Positions 41,401 to 56,400 of a stretch of 64,000 bases of DNA are shown here, piece after piece. Origin of the DNA: Bugula neritina (Eukaryota; Animalia; Bryozoa); assembly GCA_964035545.1 (NCBI GenBank), contig OZ037766.1, positions 10,654,722 to 10,718,721 on the forward strand, given 5' to 3'. Each line of letters starts with the position of its first letter. The first letter of the stretch is position 1. The notes below the pieces were generated by a model that worked only from the letters and a program-made list of their open reading frames with translations, searched no databases and had not been told where the DNA came from. A program made the translations under genes and the position numbers.

Positions 41401-44400
41401 AACCTCATCCAAATCAGGCAACAGTTTGACAATGTCGATGTTTTCTCCCAGCTGATCAATCTCTTCTAGTTTATCATTAATCCAGCCCATATACTGACTG
41501 GCGGCACTCACAGAGTCTCTCAGAGTTACCCAGAAGTCTGTGTCTCTCATCAGCGGCTCCAACAGCTCCAAAGTTCTCAGCACTTGTTTCGGAAGGTTCT
41601 GGGCATAACTAATAGCCAAAGTGTCTATCAACGGCATCCAGTAAGAGAAGTTAAATCCTGGGAAATACTGAGGTGGTATAGTACCGAGATTACTTAAAAC
41701 ACTCAAAAGTTCTTTCACGGGCTTTTCAAGGTCCCCAAGGGAAGCATTGGCATACTCTGCATAGTAGTCCTCCAGATGTGAGTTGATGTATTCCCAGGAG
41801 TAATCTCCTCTGAGGTAGGCATCAAAGTACCACCTACAAGGCGTGAATTATGGTATTTAATATGTAAAATTATAAATGCATAAATTGACAAAAAACAACA
41901 CATATTTGTTACTATACAACATTATATATTTTATGAATTATCTTTGTTTAGACTCTCTAATAAATTCCAAAGAACTCAATAAAACTAAATATATCATAAC
42001 AGTTAGTACAGAAATATTCTCTCATCAGCCATGTATAAAGCAGCTAATATTTTCTGTTTTAACAAGCAATGTAATATAAGTAACACACAATGTGTGCATG
42101 TGTAATATTAATATCATATGCATATTACCGGTCAATAGCTGATATTAGCCCTTGCACTTCTAGAACAGAGTAGTTGCGGGCTTTGATTGCAGCAACCCAA
42201 CTCTCATCTTTGACTCCACAGAAAACTGAGGTTAAATCTACATAATCTGGTAGATTTTTCACCAGGGTTCTTACAGCTGTGTCATTACATACAATGTCCT
42301 ACAAAGCAATATTTGGTGATATAGTCAACACCAAGTCTTCCAAAATAATATAAAATTTAAGTATACAAAATATACTATGAATTAGTAACTGCATTTCAAC
42401 TGAAAAGTCTACATAAAACTTGTCATGGTAATTATACTATGACTATTGATTATATTAACTAAATAATTTATAAGACAATATTCTTATATTATATTAATGT
42501 TAAGAAAACAATCTATCGGTGTTATACTAATTGATAGAATGATTGCAGAACTAAAACCATACCTGTATCTCGTCTCGCTGTAGCAATTGATTCATGGCAT
42601 TGCGAGCCGTGCCAAGGATTGTCTCACTAATCAAATCAGTTGATGAGTCAGAAATCTTTGAATAAAATTCAATGAGTGCCGTCCGGTTATTCAAGAGTGA
42701 CTCAAATGTAAACCCTGAGCTAACCATATCAGCCAGTATATGCTGAACATTGGATACGCCGGCGCTAAAACAACAACATTTATATACTTACCCTATAACA
42801 TGGACAGACTTAACAGGGAACAATGAAATGCAAAGACAGTGATAACAGTTATGGCATTTAGCCAACCGGCACGCATATGTAAATAATAGGTAGCGGCTGT
42901 GGTCTAGGGGTTAGAGGCGCTGGCTGTGTAAACACGACGTCATGAGTTCGATCCCCAGTAAAGGCCATTGATGTTAGGAAGGGCATCCAGTCATAATTAC
43001 TCCTGTGCCACATATGAATAAGTCCTTAGTCTGCTTATAAAAAAACCCTTCCCATCAGGGGTTTTTCACAGAGATAGCAACTATAAACTTGCGAGAGCAC
43101 ATGTAAATGATAACATCTCTAGAAGCTTCTATAATATAACTACGAGTAACTCAGGTAATGACCATTACCTGTACTGGGTGATCAAGAGCTGTATGACAGG
43201 CCAGGAATCACCTGCAGCCTCTCTGACCAGAGGGTTATAAATATCTAAGAGTCTTAGCAGGTTGGCGGGGTCATAGTCCCTTAAACTCTGCCACACAATA
43301 GAGAATCTGCTCATGTTGAAGGCTTCCAGAAGGGTCTGGTCAATCACTGGGTCGTTGGTGGCCAAGTATGTTATTACTGAAGCCAGCTCTTGGGTGTTGC
43401 TGAAGAGTCGATCCCATTGCACAGGCGCAGACGAGTTGCTTGATAACTGTAAATATTCAAGTGAGGGGAAACCATCACAACATTATGTCAACACTCACAG
43501 ATGCAACCGCATGTTAGCCAAAGCTGCTAGACAAAACACTGCATTCTTCATTTAGATTCTATCTTGAAGTTAATTTTCTGTAACAGTTGAGATATCCAAT
43601 ATTTTGCAAATACAACTGACAACGATTTTGCCTGTCATTGCTCATGTTGCAGCATTAAGAAGTGCTTTAAAAGTCTAGAAGTTATTAAAGCACAAATTTG
43701 ATAAAAAAACATTTAACAGAAAAAGCAACAACTACAAAACCGGCCTAAAATATTAAAACTAACCTTGCATAGCTAAAGAGTGTTTTGAGTATAACTTACA
43801 GTCTGGATGATGGAGGAGACGTTGAATTCATCTGTCAGCTCATTCAAGAAGGCAGTAAAATTAACATCACAGAACAGAGATTTGATCATTTCGAGGTCGG
43901 CAGATCCACCTTCTGGAAGTATAATGATTTTGTCTGCATCCAGAGAGCACAACTCTGAAGATCTATTGGTGACCAGAAGTACTAAGGCTTCTCCGCCAAG
44001 TTGAGACCTGAATTATACAGAGCATTTCAAAACATGGTGGTTTACAGATATAAAACAGAAAGGAGATGTAACAAACTTGGCAATCGTATGGAACACAACT
44101 TTATAATGCAATTACTCAACTATGCATTACTGATCCTTTATTACTGCGCAGAGTTTTGACCTTGTAACCTTTTTCATTACATAAATATGTAAAAATATAT
44201 CTCAGATATATTTGGGAGAAAACAGAAAGTAAAGTAAAGTTAACAGATTAGCATTGCTAGTACAAAAAAACAAAACACGAATGACTATTACTTTTTAGCC
44301 TCTGTGTACGTCATCAGATAAAAAATACTGTGTTTTGCCACTAGATACAAATGGTATCACAGGCAGAAACTATGCAGAAAAAGAATATTTTTTAAGAACT

Positions 44401-47400
44401 CACAAAAGCAAACTGGCAACAGTTTCAGGAGACATTCCAATCACATTTCCCAAGTACTTCTTCAGCTCGGTAGCATCTCCAAGAAGTGTGTTCAAAGAGA
44501 CATCATTGTTTTTAATGTCAGTGAGTTTGCCATTTACACGAGATATGATTATGTCAGCAACATTTATGAACTTGGAGAGTTGCTGACCAAACTGTGAAGA
44601 TGTTAAAAGTGGAGTCAGTGACTGCATCAGAGCCGAGAAACTAAAAACAGATTACATAATGGAAAATATTCAAAAAAGATAGAAACTAAATATTTTATTC
44701 ATTACTGTGTATTCTCGGTTTTCTTACAAATTTACACTGTTAGTCTATTTGAATTAAATATGTGAAAGTATCACGTATTCAAAATATAGTAGACTACAAT
44801 ATCTTACTTATATAATATGTTAAGTAACTTCTACGCCTGCAAGGTTATTGAAATATGTACAGGCATAAGAATGTATTTAACAATGAAGCACCATGAAATT
44901 AGTTTTATAATTATTTTGCATGAGATTGCAGATTTTGTTAACAATTGCAATCAGGTATGAATTTTAAAAGTTAAAGCTATTTATTCAATGATATCGTAAA
45001 AACTTTTTGCTTAGCTACAGCTTTAAACTGTTTAGCGCGAGACCCAACTGCCTTGACTAATGCGAAGAGAACTTTCTATGTACCAAACCACAACAACTTC
45101 CTTTGAAAGATTTAAAAGTATATGTTTCAAAAGTATTTCCAATTTTATAGCGCAATTGTTGTAATATATGTAACTACGTACATATTACGGGGCAATGTAA
45201 ATGTAAAAAAATAGTATATATCATCAAAACTTTACAGCTGCATATTTTATCCTTCCACCAAACATCCATCTTAAGAAGTTACTGTCCAAAAACATACCTA
45301 TTAGCATTGAGTTGAAACTGTTGATTTAACCAGAAATCTTGGACTCTATCAAACATATTCATGTACTCGGTAACATTGATCAGTGCAATGAGTTCTGGAG
45401 AGATAGTGGGAGGAGACTGTATCATATCGCTAATCTTTTGACTTAGTTGAGTAAATCGGCTCATATATCCTTGCCAGTCAAACGTAGTAGCATTAGCATC
45501 ATAGTCCTGCAGTAAAATCCACAAGAATACAATTATGTCTGCCATCATTCTATACATTATATTCATAGCATACACCAGCTAATTTATAGTATCAATTGAA
45601 ATGGCCGACATAATATATTATATACTAATAAAAAGCACTAATTACTTTATAGTATCTATTAAAATAGCTCAACATAATAAATACTAATATTATTGTTTTA
45701 TAGTATCAATTGAAATGGCTCGATATATGCACTGTATGTGCCTGTGACTCTTGGAAACACCAACCTTAGCAGGCATAAGATATGTGGTCTCAATCTCTTT
45801 CTTAATCTCTTCGAACAAAGCGGTGATGTTTACAGTGCAGAAGACGTCCTGCAGTTTGATAATGTCAGCAGGTGTGGCGTTAACAAATAGTACAGACAGG
45901 TCCATAGTGCAAGGGTCAGCAGACGGGGTTGTCAGCAGTGCCGTCAGCTAGATGTAACACAGTTTATACTTTTTAAAAGAGTGAGCTATTTTATAGATAC
46001 AGGTGTAAAGAGAAATTACATGCAAACAAACACGCACTGTGTTCATTGCATACTACGCGGTGGTTAACACAAAGTGAAAAAGAAGCGGGATGTTCAAAAC
46101 TAGTATCCGTTTATATAATGCATGAGCCTGATTTGAATAGTATATTACGCTGTTTATATGCTAGATTGGTATAAAAAAGAAGCCATACTTGATTGGTAGC
46201 CATTGGTTGAGTCAATAGCAATTCAATAATTTCTGGAGCAGCGCCAAATGAAGCCTCCACTAGAGAGATGAGATCAGTCTTGTTTCTCAGAATGGTTTCC
46301 AGTGATACTTCCGTAGACAAGCTGTCAATCTTAGAAATAGCAAGATCCAGGTAGTTCTGAAGAATCTGGGAAGTGATAATCATCTGGCGGTAGATTGGTG
46401 TGCCAGCCAGAGATGTTTCCAGACTTTGTAATGCTAAAGACACTCTGCAAAACATAACTAATGCTTTATATTTATAATCAAAATTCCAGAGTTCATTAAT
46501 ACTGAATGATTTAAAAGCAAGTAGTAAACTGTTACAGACATCTTACCGTTTAAAGTTAGCTTCTAAGCTATTGGCAGAAACGAGTGCTTTGTTTAGCCTC
46601 TCAAACCAGGCAGTCATGTTGCCATCGTAAAGGAAGAACTCTTGAACAGGGGGAGGTTGAAGGGCGGTGAAGAAGAGACCGAGATTAGAGGCTAAATTGT
46701 TGGTGTTCATCAGCAAATCATTCCAATCAAAGTCTGATGTTACGTTTGAGAAGACATCTATTTTACCAATCTACAACGCATAAAACCAAAATCACGATAT
46801 GTGAAAAAATGAATAATTTGAACAAATCACTTTACGTGTTAAGGAGATGTGTGGAATGTTTCTCAACACACTCAGTAAACTAGTCATATACACATTTGCA
46901 TTCTGAAGTAACTTAGGTCAACACTTACTTCCTGTATGACAATGTCAAGGTCAAGTTCAGAGAGAAACTCATCTAGGATCAGCTGGAAATTAGTGGCACA
47001 GAGAATGTTTCTCACAGCTGTCACGTTGACAGTAGGTGGGAACCTACAGTGTATTACAAACCTCTATACGATAAATCACTTTTAATAAATATCTACAATA
47101 CTAATTCATATGCTTTCAGTCAAGCAGTGAATACATAGAATGCAACTTTTAGTTGCATTAGCAAATCTAACAGACCATCAAATGTAAATGATGGCTACAG
47201 ATGCAATGATGGCTACATCGCATAGCTAAAAAAATCAGCAAAAACCATTATTTTCTTGACTGATATATAGCATACAAGTTCGACAACAGAAAGCTAATTA
47301 CTGTTTTTAGCAGTTTAAAACAAGTATACTGCAGAAGCTCAAGCTTAACTACATCAGTTTCACAAAGAACCTTCATAAAAAAAGTATTACATTCAGTCCT

Positions 47401-50400
47401 ACAGTGTTATGTAAATCAAAAGACAACTTATAAAAACATTGCTTGTAAAATTTACTACTTACGCTTTTATCATGCACTTGCAAGTTTAAAAATAATCATA
47501 AATCTGATGAATAATAAAAAGAGGTAGGTGCAGTAATAGAAAAATTGAGAAAAACCTGTATTCTAGATCAGAAATGTAGGAAAAGAAGTTATGTTCTCGG
47601 GAGAATTTCAACCAGTGACCCAAACCAAAATTTAATAATAAAATTAAAGAGCTTAGGCTATCTTAATTTCTCCATTACTGTTCCTAAATGAATAAAAAGG
47701 TAGAAAGTTATCTATGAAGAAAACAAGAGTTCATGGGTACCTTGCAGTGCAGAATATCTGCTGGAGATCAGCAGTAGTGTTGACAGCAATTAGGTCAGCG
47801 GGTGAGAGAGTGAACTCAGCATTCACTAGACCCTCAAACAAATCAGGAGTAAATGCAAACGAGTCGCTAAGCAGCTTCCTGAAATTGTCTGCGTCTTTTA
47901 TCAAAGTCTTCAGTGTTACATTTACAGCTGTTATAAAACACAACATATTTACTTAATTATCATGTAATTTGAGGAAGCAAATGACTTTTGAAATACATGT
48001 GAGAGATATAACACAATATTAATAAAGTAATTGTCTGTAATTAAAATGATTTCATAAATAACTGTAAGAGCAATGCTAGGAAAGGTTAATGGGGGATGGA
48101 ATGGGCAATATATATGGGCAATATATATGGGCAATATATATGGGCAAATATATATGTTTGTGCGAAGGTCCATTGGTCCGATAATATTTGCCTAGTACAC
48201 ATGCGAGCACACATATGGCAAGTCATTTTAAAGGGTTTGGGGTTTGAACATGAAACATATTAAGTACAATGCATATAGGCCTACACAATAAAAATAATAA
48301 CAGTTTTATTTAAATAAACAACTTAATTTGGACCAATGAACCTCTGTACCAATGGTCCTTCAGACTAATGGGCCTTCAGAAAATTGACTATTCACTGGTT
48401 GATGCAAGACTTGCATTCAACGTTCACACAAGCAGTTTCAACTAGAGAAGAGTAAGTAGTTGCGGTAAACAAAACTTTTTTAAGTTCTCAGCTTGATCCA
48501 GATATCAACAGACAGCAATGTAGTAAGCTCATGGTGTGAAGTAGATAACTGAACATCTACACTGCATACGTTGTTCCTTTCTTTTTTATGGTCTGCTGTT
48601 AATTAATGGTTCACCAATAATTTATAGGAATGACAAAGAAAACTTCTTTGGCATAGGCAGTGTGAATTTGAACAGTTGCCCCACTTACTTGGTAGCTCTG
48701 CAGTTCTGTTAGCACCAACTTCTGCTAGAACATTCATCATTTTAAAGTATTTCTCAGCATCTAGCCACCAGTCCATGGATCTCAGCAGTGGCATCATTCC
48801 ATTCAAGGCATCTCCAATCCTACCAGATATTGAGAAAGTTATCATCCGAGTCAAAACACCAAAACAGAGAAATTTTTTGAACCAGTTCGAATAAAATATT
48901 TTGAGTAATCAAACATGTTTATCCAACAAAGCCTGATTTTCTTCAATTTCATAGAAATTATCCAGATCTGGGCCAAATGCTAATTAAATTTGACTGCCAA
49001 TAAGCAGTTATAACTTTTGAGAGCTTCAAGTCAGGAAATATTTTAAATAATTGCTACGGTTTCATGTAAAACTTACAGTTTCAAGTCAAACTGCGGCAGG
49101 TTCTCAGTTAGAGCGAGAACATAACTCTGCCAGGTGGTCTCATTGGTAAGCCTCATGAATCTCTCATTCAGGTTGATGTTGTCATACATGATGCTTGCGG
49201 CATTGAAGAAAGAAGCTATTTTAGCAGTTAGCTCTTGTTGCTGCATGTACGAGCCTCTAACGCTGAACACCTCAGTTGATGTATGCTGTAGAACGCTGTT
49301 TATCTAAAAAACACAGCTAAGCTTCTCAACATCCAGTAAACACTTCAGAGAAACCAAATATAAGATCTTGTTACTAACCAAACATTGTCAACAAAAGTAG
49401 TATAGGTTAAAAATTAGTTGAAGTAATTTGAAGTTACAAATCTAAAAATGTACAACATAGAACTATATATGTTGACTTTGTTCATATTTTTACCAACCAA
49501 AGACAATTACTCCAAAATAAAATTGAGAAATTTCCAATACAGCATTTAATTCAGACAGCAAACCTTCATTAAAAGAGTGTCAATCTTCAACGACTTCTTC
49601 ATCTGGTCTACAAAGTCAGCCCCACCGTCAGAGATGATGTCACACAGAGCTCGAGACAGAGCGGTAACATCTGCATCTGCTGGGACTGAGAAAAACTCAG
49701 TGAAGGTTGATGAATTGCAGACAAGGTCTATCACGACCGAACTGTTATCACCAGTTGGCATAAACAGAGAACTTATCTGCAAAAAGTAAACATTAATTAG
49801 CAGCAGCGGCTCACCATGATGCAAACTCAGAGTCAACCCGATTAATGTTTTATATTTTTCAATTAAATATTGAATTTCAGGCAAACGGCAATCTTTATTG
49901 GTAGAATTGGTAGAATTAAACAAAATACGCTCTCAAAATAACAACTTAGTAGTGTTTAAACAATAGGCTATTCTTCTTCCTAATTAATATTTTAAGGCCC
50001 AGGCTATTCATAAAAAAATCAAATTTTTATCAAGTTAATAATACTCAAAGATTCAGTTACCTTGTCAGGTCGAACGGCAATTCCAGCAAGCATCTTCATT
50101 GAAGTTTTCTCATCTATGTTAAGTGTGGCACTAACATACTCATTCAGCAATGTGGCATTGGGAAACAAATCAGCCAAGTTCAAGGACAGGTCAGGTCTGA
50201 GATTGAGTCGTGAAATGAGATCGAATATCCAAGAAGATACAATCTGGTTAATTTGAAAGTACGGCTCAATGTTTGACCAGAAGGGTAGACTCTTCATGTA
50301 CCTGATCATGCTGTCTGTAAACAGAATGGGAAAATGCCGATCTATTATAAATAACACACAGGCATAAGTACATTATATGAAGTGGTCAGAGTTTTGGGGA

Positions 50401-53400
50401 CACGGCAGGGGTATGGCACACCCCTGCAGACCCCCTAACTGTGACCATTGATTATATGTAAACAATCAAGTGCAGAGATAAACATTTCTGATGAATTATT
50501 TTTATGGAAGGGCAATTCCTCTAGAGCTCTCTCACTCTCTTGTTGAATTACGAATGTACATAAAGATTTGGGTACAACTGTTAGACAGTGGCTCAGAGTC
50601 CTTTAAATATTATGTAGAAGTGTTAGATTGTTATTGTAATGTCATAGAATCATACTAAATAATACATTTTTTACGAACCAAGTTGCAATTGTTGGTGTAT
50701 AAAAACATAGTGATAACATCAGTAGAAACTAGTTTAAATGATGGCTGAAGAATTAGTAACCAACACATACCAGACATTTGAAGATAGATCTCAACATTAC
50801 TCCAGTCTATGTTAAACATGATGTCTTGCGCTATCTGGGCGAAGCTGTTGGGATCAAATGGTGGAATAATATTTGGTGCTTGCTGAGTCAACCCAGTAAT
50901 GATGGAAATAACCTCTGATAAATCGGTTTGAATCTACAGCAACCAAACATGGGAGATACTCAAAAATAACAGTAAATTTACTTATTTGTTTAACACTGAA
51001 TCAATAACACTAAAGCAACAATATCTTTGCGATAGTGAAGAATCTGTTGTATGTAATAGTTAATACTAGTAGAAATTTAACCTTTAACAATTAAATCACC
51101 ATGTTTGACAGCTGAATTAGTTAAAAAATGCTATGAGAAACAATGACATGTAAATACAAACCTTATCCCAATTGGCCGTAGCATTACTCTGTATATCAGC
51201 TATGATGGTATTAATATTAAATCTTTTCATGACTTCATCAGCTAACACTGTAAAGTTGGTTGAGCATATGAACTGCTCTACCTGCGAGATATTAACCTGC
51301 GGAGGGACTACGACATAGTCTAACCATGTGCTGTTTTCACCACACACTAAAATAAAACCGTGAGTAGAGTAAGATTAGAATGGAACTGAACTTGGCATGA
51401 AGTGAACTTTTGGTAAGCTTTATTATTTAACCTTCCCCTGGAGGGTTGATATGGTAGAGCAGCAGGTGAAAGCTGTACATTGTTACTTAAACAGCCGCTG
51501 TGATAATTCAACCACCACTAATGGCATTTTATATTCATCTAATGAAAACAACTAAAATTATGGGTGCTAAATACGTAGTGAATATCAGTGTATTGTGTGT
51601 TTACTGTTTAAAGCAATTTACTAAAGAGCTACCAGTAGCTAATAACAGCGAAGTCGACAATAAAGATGGCTACTTACACAGAGCCTGTGGATCAGGAGAA
51701 GAGAACAGCAGCTGTAGATCCCCAGCATTTCTTATAGAGACACTCAAGAACAATGCATACATATCTGGACTAAGTTCCAAGGCTTTCTACAATGAGTTTT
51801 TATTCAACTTTTATTATTAATATATAAGTTAAACAGTTAATTACATATAGTTATTATTCACTAAGTAGTACTCTACTTTAGTTTACAAGTTGATACCTTG
51901 TGGGCAACAAAATTTTATGAGCAATGCAAACGGACTTACCAAGGTTACCTGTTCCACTTGAATAATTCTTATACATTTATAATAACTTTTTCGACCAGAA
52001 AAATGGTGGCATTGGTTATGAGAAATTAATTTATGGCAAAACAGTTTCAACTTACAACAATATAGTCATTTAGTGCTGAGTCACTGCTAAGTATTTCAGC
52101 CACTGTAAGATTTTCACCAGGTCTATTCCATAGAGTCAATTCCATCTTCAGCGAGTCTAACAACCCTTCCAACACAAGTCCAAAGTCATTAAACTCTGGA
52201 TTGCTGCCGAACATTGGTCTCAACACTCCAAAGAAATAGCCAGAGATCCTTAAATTACAACAAAAAGTCATGCAATGTAATGCAGTAGACGAAAAATTTA
52301 ATGTTTCACTGAATAATGTAGTATTAGTTACAATGTGGTAGATTTTAGGTTTGTATATAAGTAATATAAACAGTATTACTGCCGTTATGTAATATATGAT
52401 TTGTTTGAGTACAAACTTGAAGAAATATGCTACATGCTTTAACAACAGATACTTAGCCAATCATACATGTCAACTAAAGCCAGTTGCTGGTTAGAATTCA
52501 GTCTCATGAGTATATCTTCCCAGACAGTAGCATTCAGCCAAGTCCATTGCGGGTCAATGACAAACTTCGGAGGATTGACAACCAGGTACCCAATCAGCTC
52601 ATTCACTCTGTTCACTCGAGCCATTGTCAATGTAAAGTTGGCGGGAGATGTGTTGTTTATCTACACATAAAATGGTGATATCACTGTTAACAGACTGACA
52701 GCAAATTTCAACATTACAGTTTATAATTCAACCTAATCCAATGCAATGCGCACAATCATTGTGTTTCCATTTCTTTGCATTATGTGAATGAATGCTCATA
52801 CGGATGAATTTGTGGTTGCAGTTTGCATGAAATTATGGCTGTAGTTTCAGTCAATGCAATTTTTTCCAAACACTGAATGAAAAATTCATTCGCATAATTG
52901 GAAGCTTAGAAATGTGGTGAATATTTAAACACTTTGATCTACCTGGGCCATAATTCCTTTCACATTAACATCTGCCATGAGCTCTTCACCAATAGCTGTC
53001 CAGTTCTTGCTGCAAAGGAGAGTCACGACCTCATCAAGGTCAACTGTGCTGCCGGGCGGAACCGTGAAATATGTGTCAGCACTGTTGGTGCATATTGCTA
53101 TGATGGCTTCATCAGGGGTTGATATTGAGTACAGAGCTGAAAACTGTAGACAGGCAGAGATTTAGGGAAATAGTCAAAATAGTAATTAAAAAGTTGGGAG
53201 AACAAAAAGTTGATGTAAATTACTTTATAATACTGGAGAGAAAAAGAAGTTAATGTGGCTCTGCATGGGTTAATACGGACAGTAATTTTTTTATTGAAAA
53301 AAGCAGTTAATTAAATAACAGTATATTTATGAAGTATTTTGGTTGATATTTATAGATGCTAAGTTAATTTTTGACTTGAGATTTTGACAAAGCATCAACT

Positions 53401-56400
53401 GAAAAACTGCCCATTACAACTCTTTGTCAAGTTGATTTTTATTTTACGAAAAATACAAGAATTTATTGTGAGTTAGCAATCAGTAACTTATGAATAATAT
53501 TTATGTGTATAAACACTGTACACTAATAGTACAGCCTTCAAGTATCAACTTGCCTTCTGAGTTCTAGTAGAAGCCATTAACACTTCTGCAATATCAGCAA
53601 GATATGGTAGAATATCCATGGCTTTCACTGTCTCTGGGGAATTCTCTAGAATACTGGTTATATTTACTTCAGTTCCTATAAAGCATGACCAAAATAAATG
53701 TACTAAAACTTCTGCATGTTTAAAGTAACATCAAATTAAATAGAAAATTATCTAGACTTTTAAAGAAAAGAAATATGCATGCCGAGTACACCAAAAATAA
53801 AATACTTTTTTTCATCTTAAATTTATTTAAATTACGAAATGTCAAGGTTAAAATTATCAACATGCAAAATTTCTCACTGTTGAAAAGTTCCAGTTTCCTG
53901 ATGACCACGTCTAGGATGGAGTTGACGACGTGGAGCTGAGGCAGATTCACACTTCCAAACATCTCGTCAATGCCAATCATTTGCAACAAATTCATCAACC
54001 TGCAAGCAAACAACAATACTATAATAAAGACTGACCAGCTTCTCCATGCTTAGGCTATTGCAACTAGAATGGAAAAGCTTATATAACAGAGCTAAACAAA
54101 AAGATCAAATCTAAACTTAACATAACATATAACATTTATTTGACAAAAATGATTAGTTTTTAGATGTCTCTTGAATTATAATTTTTAGCTAAAGTCAAAA
54201 AATATTTTTTCAAAAGTGATATACTCTTCGTTTTAAAATTTTCCATCAAATATAAAATATTTTTTACTTAACTGAACACTGCAGTTTAAATATAAATGTT
54301 ATAATCTCACCTTGTCACATTGAAAGGCCCTTGTTTGCTGAGAGATTCAGCAAATTTGTTAAAGACTGGGGTCCATGCAGAAGGCTGTAACCAAGCTGGG
54401 ATGGCGTTGGCAGAGTTCGTAAAGTTGAGAGTTGAGGTGGTAGTGATTAGCTCCGAGACCGTCATGATGAGATCAGAAATTACAGTCTGGTTCATTATAT
54501 ACTCTCTAGACTGCAGCGTATATATATAATATAAGTACCTTATAATATTTATATAAGTAATTTATATATATAAATATTATATAATTATTATTATATTAAT
54601 TATTATTGTATCAATTATTATATAAATAATTTATATTATATAGCATATTATATTAAATCAGAATTGTATAAAATATAAAATAAACAAAAACTTTTTGTAT
54701 AAATGTATGTGTTGTAGCCAACAAAACAGATGATAAATTTAATGTGTAAACAAAACTACAAACTTTGCACACAAAACAATCATAACACAACAAGAAATAT
54801 GGTAGCACCCAGTACTTACTGCATTTTGAGCTTCATACACTCCGGCATTTAGAGAACCTAGTTCACTCAGTAAGATATTGAAGTCAATCAAGCCATTGCA
54901 TACAATATCCTGTAGAACTGAAAGGTTAGTCTTGTTGTCATAGACGACATACTGTTGCAGGTCAGAAATGGAACAGAATTCCAATGCAGAGTTATTGCCT
55001 GCGAGAACCAGTCTTTTGATTAAAGGAGCAGCCTACAAGTAGATGTAATTTGTTATGATTGATGCTTCCATATTATACATTATATTAGTACGTTGCTAAT
55101 TTAGAGTTATCTACCCATTATAGGTTGTACTTCGCATACATAATTCAGGTTATTTTCTAATATGTCGGAGAGCAATAATATATTAACTTGGCACTACAAG
55201 AATATAACACACTTGATGCTTTAAACTGTGAAAACCAACTTGTGCTTTACCTGAATTAAGTGAAAATCTTGGAAAATTTTAATAGAATATCAATTTTGAA
55301 AACATTAAAAATACCCTAGAACCAGGGGCGGTGTTTCTTAGTCAAGATAATTGAATTAATCTTTAGAGAAATACTAGCATTGTGTACTTAATTCTCTCCG
55401 AAAATATACCAAAGTATATGTAAACGGAAGTTCGGAGAAAAAAGTACCTCTATATGCATAGCTGGCAGGCAACGTTGTCAGTTGCTGTTACTATTAGGCT
55501 TTTTGAATACAAGTATACTGACCTTTTCAGGCTCTAAACTAGTCTGTAGGGCAATATCAATAAAGCCTGGAAGTTCTTCCATCACCTTCAGTAACTTAGT
55601 TGTTTCAGTTGCATTTACAAATATGCCTGATACATCCCAGTTTGATGCTATAAAGAGAATCATTAGCTCTATTTAATAACAAACTAACTTAAAACTAGCA
55701 TGACCTTTAAACTTTGACCAGTTGACTTTAAATATTCCAGCAGTAACTATTGAAGTTGACTCAAGAGGAAAAGCATCCTGACACATTATTTTGAAAAAAA
55801 ATTTGTATATAATAACTCAGTCAAACGTTCTTTTACTTAGAACCTATATAATAATAATAATTTAGAACTTGGAACTATATAGGCCTAATGGCATAAGATA
55901 AAAGCTCATGCTAATAAACTCAGAAAAAAATAAGTAATTTAACTTGAAACAGAAACCACCAGCGCTAAAAATTTAATTATTTCGTAAACAGAATAAATTT
56001 TACAAGAACAAATTTTTTTCTTTTTGAATTTTAAAAGAAAACGGAAAGTTGAGAATACCTTGGAGATTTCTCATCATATCCAGAGAAGACATGAGGTAGA
56101 CGTTTGCCATGTACAGACCTCGTTTCACAGCCTCATTGCTATTTACCAATTGCTCAAGAGACGGGGCGGCTGCCATGAGGCTTCCTAAAGAACTGTAAAC
56201 AGAAGCTAGCATGTGTATAACATGTAAGTATAACATATGTATGTGACACACATGATGGAGTCTGCTAAGAAATTGAGAAAATTTGGTTAAAGATGAATAA
56301 CGTTAATGCTGAATGTCACTCTTGAACATGGAAGAAAATATTTAGTTATAAAATTGTATAAGAAGATACACATTGTCTATAAATATGTTTATATGCTAAT

